DNA of 49,200 nucleotides from Myxococcota bacterium (GTDB lineage Bacteria; Myxococcota; XYA12-FULL-58-9; JALHOP01): NCBI GenBank assembly GCA_041288095.1, contig JBGGMJ010000181.1, positions 1 to 49,200 of the forward strand, read 5' to 3'. Shown piece by piece: positions 48,518 to 49,200 of this stretch (position 1 is its first letter; each line of letters starts with the position of its first letter). The notes under the pieces were generated by a model. It saw only the letters and a program-made list of their open reading frames with translations, ran no database searches and was not told where the DNA came from. The position numbers and the translations under genes were made by a program.

Positions 48518-49200
48518 GACTTGCGCGCGCAGACGGTGACGGCGAGCACGACGCAAACCACGGTGCAGGCGCCGATCACCACCAGGTCGACGAGCGGGCC
48601 GCCGGTTGTCACGCCCACGGAGGCGTGTCCGCTATAGAATGCATGACGCGCCGCTGACACCGCGTACGACATGGGATTGACGCGCATGATGGCGGCGAAG
48701 ACGCGATTGTCGCCCGCCGGGAACATGGCGCCGGAGACCAGCCACAGCGGCACCAGCACGGTCATCTGGATGGCGTGGAATGCCTGCAAGTTGTCGAGCC
48801 ACCAGGCGACCGCGACGCCGAGCGCGGTGAGCCCGAACGAGGTCAGCGCTAGAGTCGCCGCGAGCAGCGGCCAATTGATCTGCAGGATGGAGTAACCCGC
48901 CATCGGCGCAAGGCACAGCAAGAGGCCCGCCTGCATGAGCGCGACTGTGGCGCTGCCGGCGCACTTGCCGAGCACCAACGCGGTGCGCGAGCCCGGGCCC
49001 GCCATGACCGCTTGCAAGAAGCCTTGATGACGGTCCTCGATGACGCTCACGGTCGAGAAGATGGATGCGAAGAGGAGCACCATCATGACAACGCCGGGGA
49101 AGAAGAACTCGAGGTAGCCGACGTCGCTGCCGGGCATCTTGAAGGTCGACGCCATGCCGCTACCGATGACCAGCCAGACGATGATGGGCTGCCCCAAGGC
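48514..49200 (-). CDS. ABC-2 type transporter permease (5' end outside window)
   Basis: YLEFFFPG, IEDRHQGFLQ, LVSGAMFP, NPMSYAV. Confidence 0.9.
   Translation of the reverse strand, partial: ALGQPIIVWLVIGSGMASTFKMPGSDVGYLEFFFPGVVMMVLLFASIFSTVSVIEDRHQGFLQAVMAGPGSRTALVLGKCAGSATVALMQAGLLLCLAPMAGYSILQINWPLLAATLALTSFGLTALGVAVAWWLDNLQAFHAIQMTVLVPLWLVSGAMFPAGDNRVFAAIMRVNPMSYAVSAARHAFYSGHASVGVTTGGPLVDLVVIGACTVVCVVLAVTVCARKS

Overview
GC-rich chromosomal window that looks myxobacterial (Myxococcota). This is an inference from the PilZ-like/Ser-Thr kinase, the RDD, VIT-vWA and OmpA/TSP3 proteins, a Cys-rich lipoprotein and a pilVWXY1-fimU cluster. No rRNA, tRNA, CRISPR array or mobile element was seen. 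The housekeeping backbone is cls-type PLD, glmS, glmU, split pntA/pntB, osmC, rsmE, nfeD-floA and cytochrome c/DUF420/ABC-2. Four things stand out. (1) Directly downstream of the minor-pilin cluster is a type III secretion-like module: a SycD/LcrH chaperone plus four uncharacterised helical proteins, one with an EspA/Bsp22-like polymerisation-type C-terminus and one with a needle-like loop. A second SycD/LcrH gene lies 12 kb away, but no T3SS export genes are in the window. (2) Dispersed orphan genes share a sigma28-like promoter (CGCAAC-N15/16-GCGATAAC) and are candidate secreted substrates. (3) A ~46% methionine protein sits beside a SutR-like XRE-cupin regulator that is coupled to an unannotated Met-Met-Cys-Cys small ORF, suggesting a sulfur-storage module. 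(4) A lipoprotein carries 11 tandem disintegrin-like repeats. All calls come from reading motifs by eye; no database searches were run.
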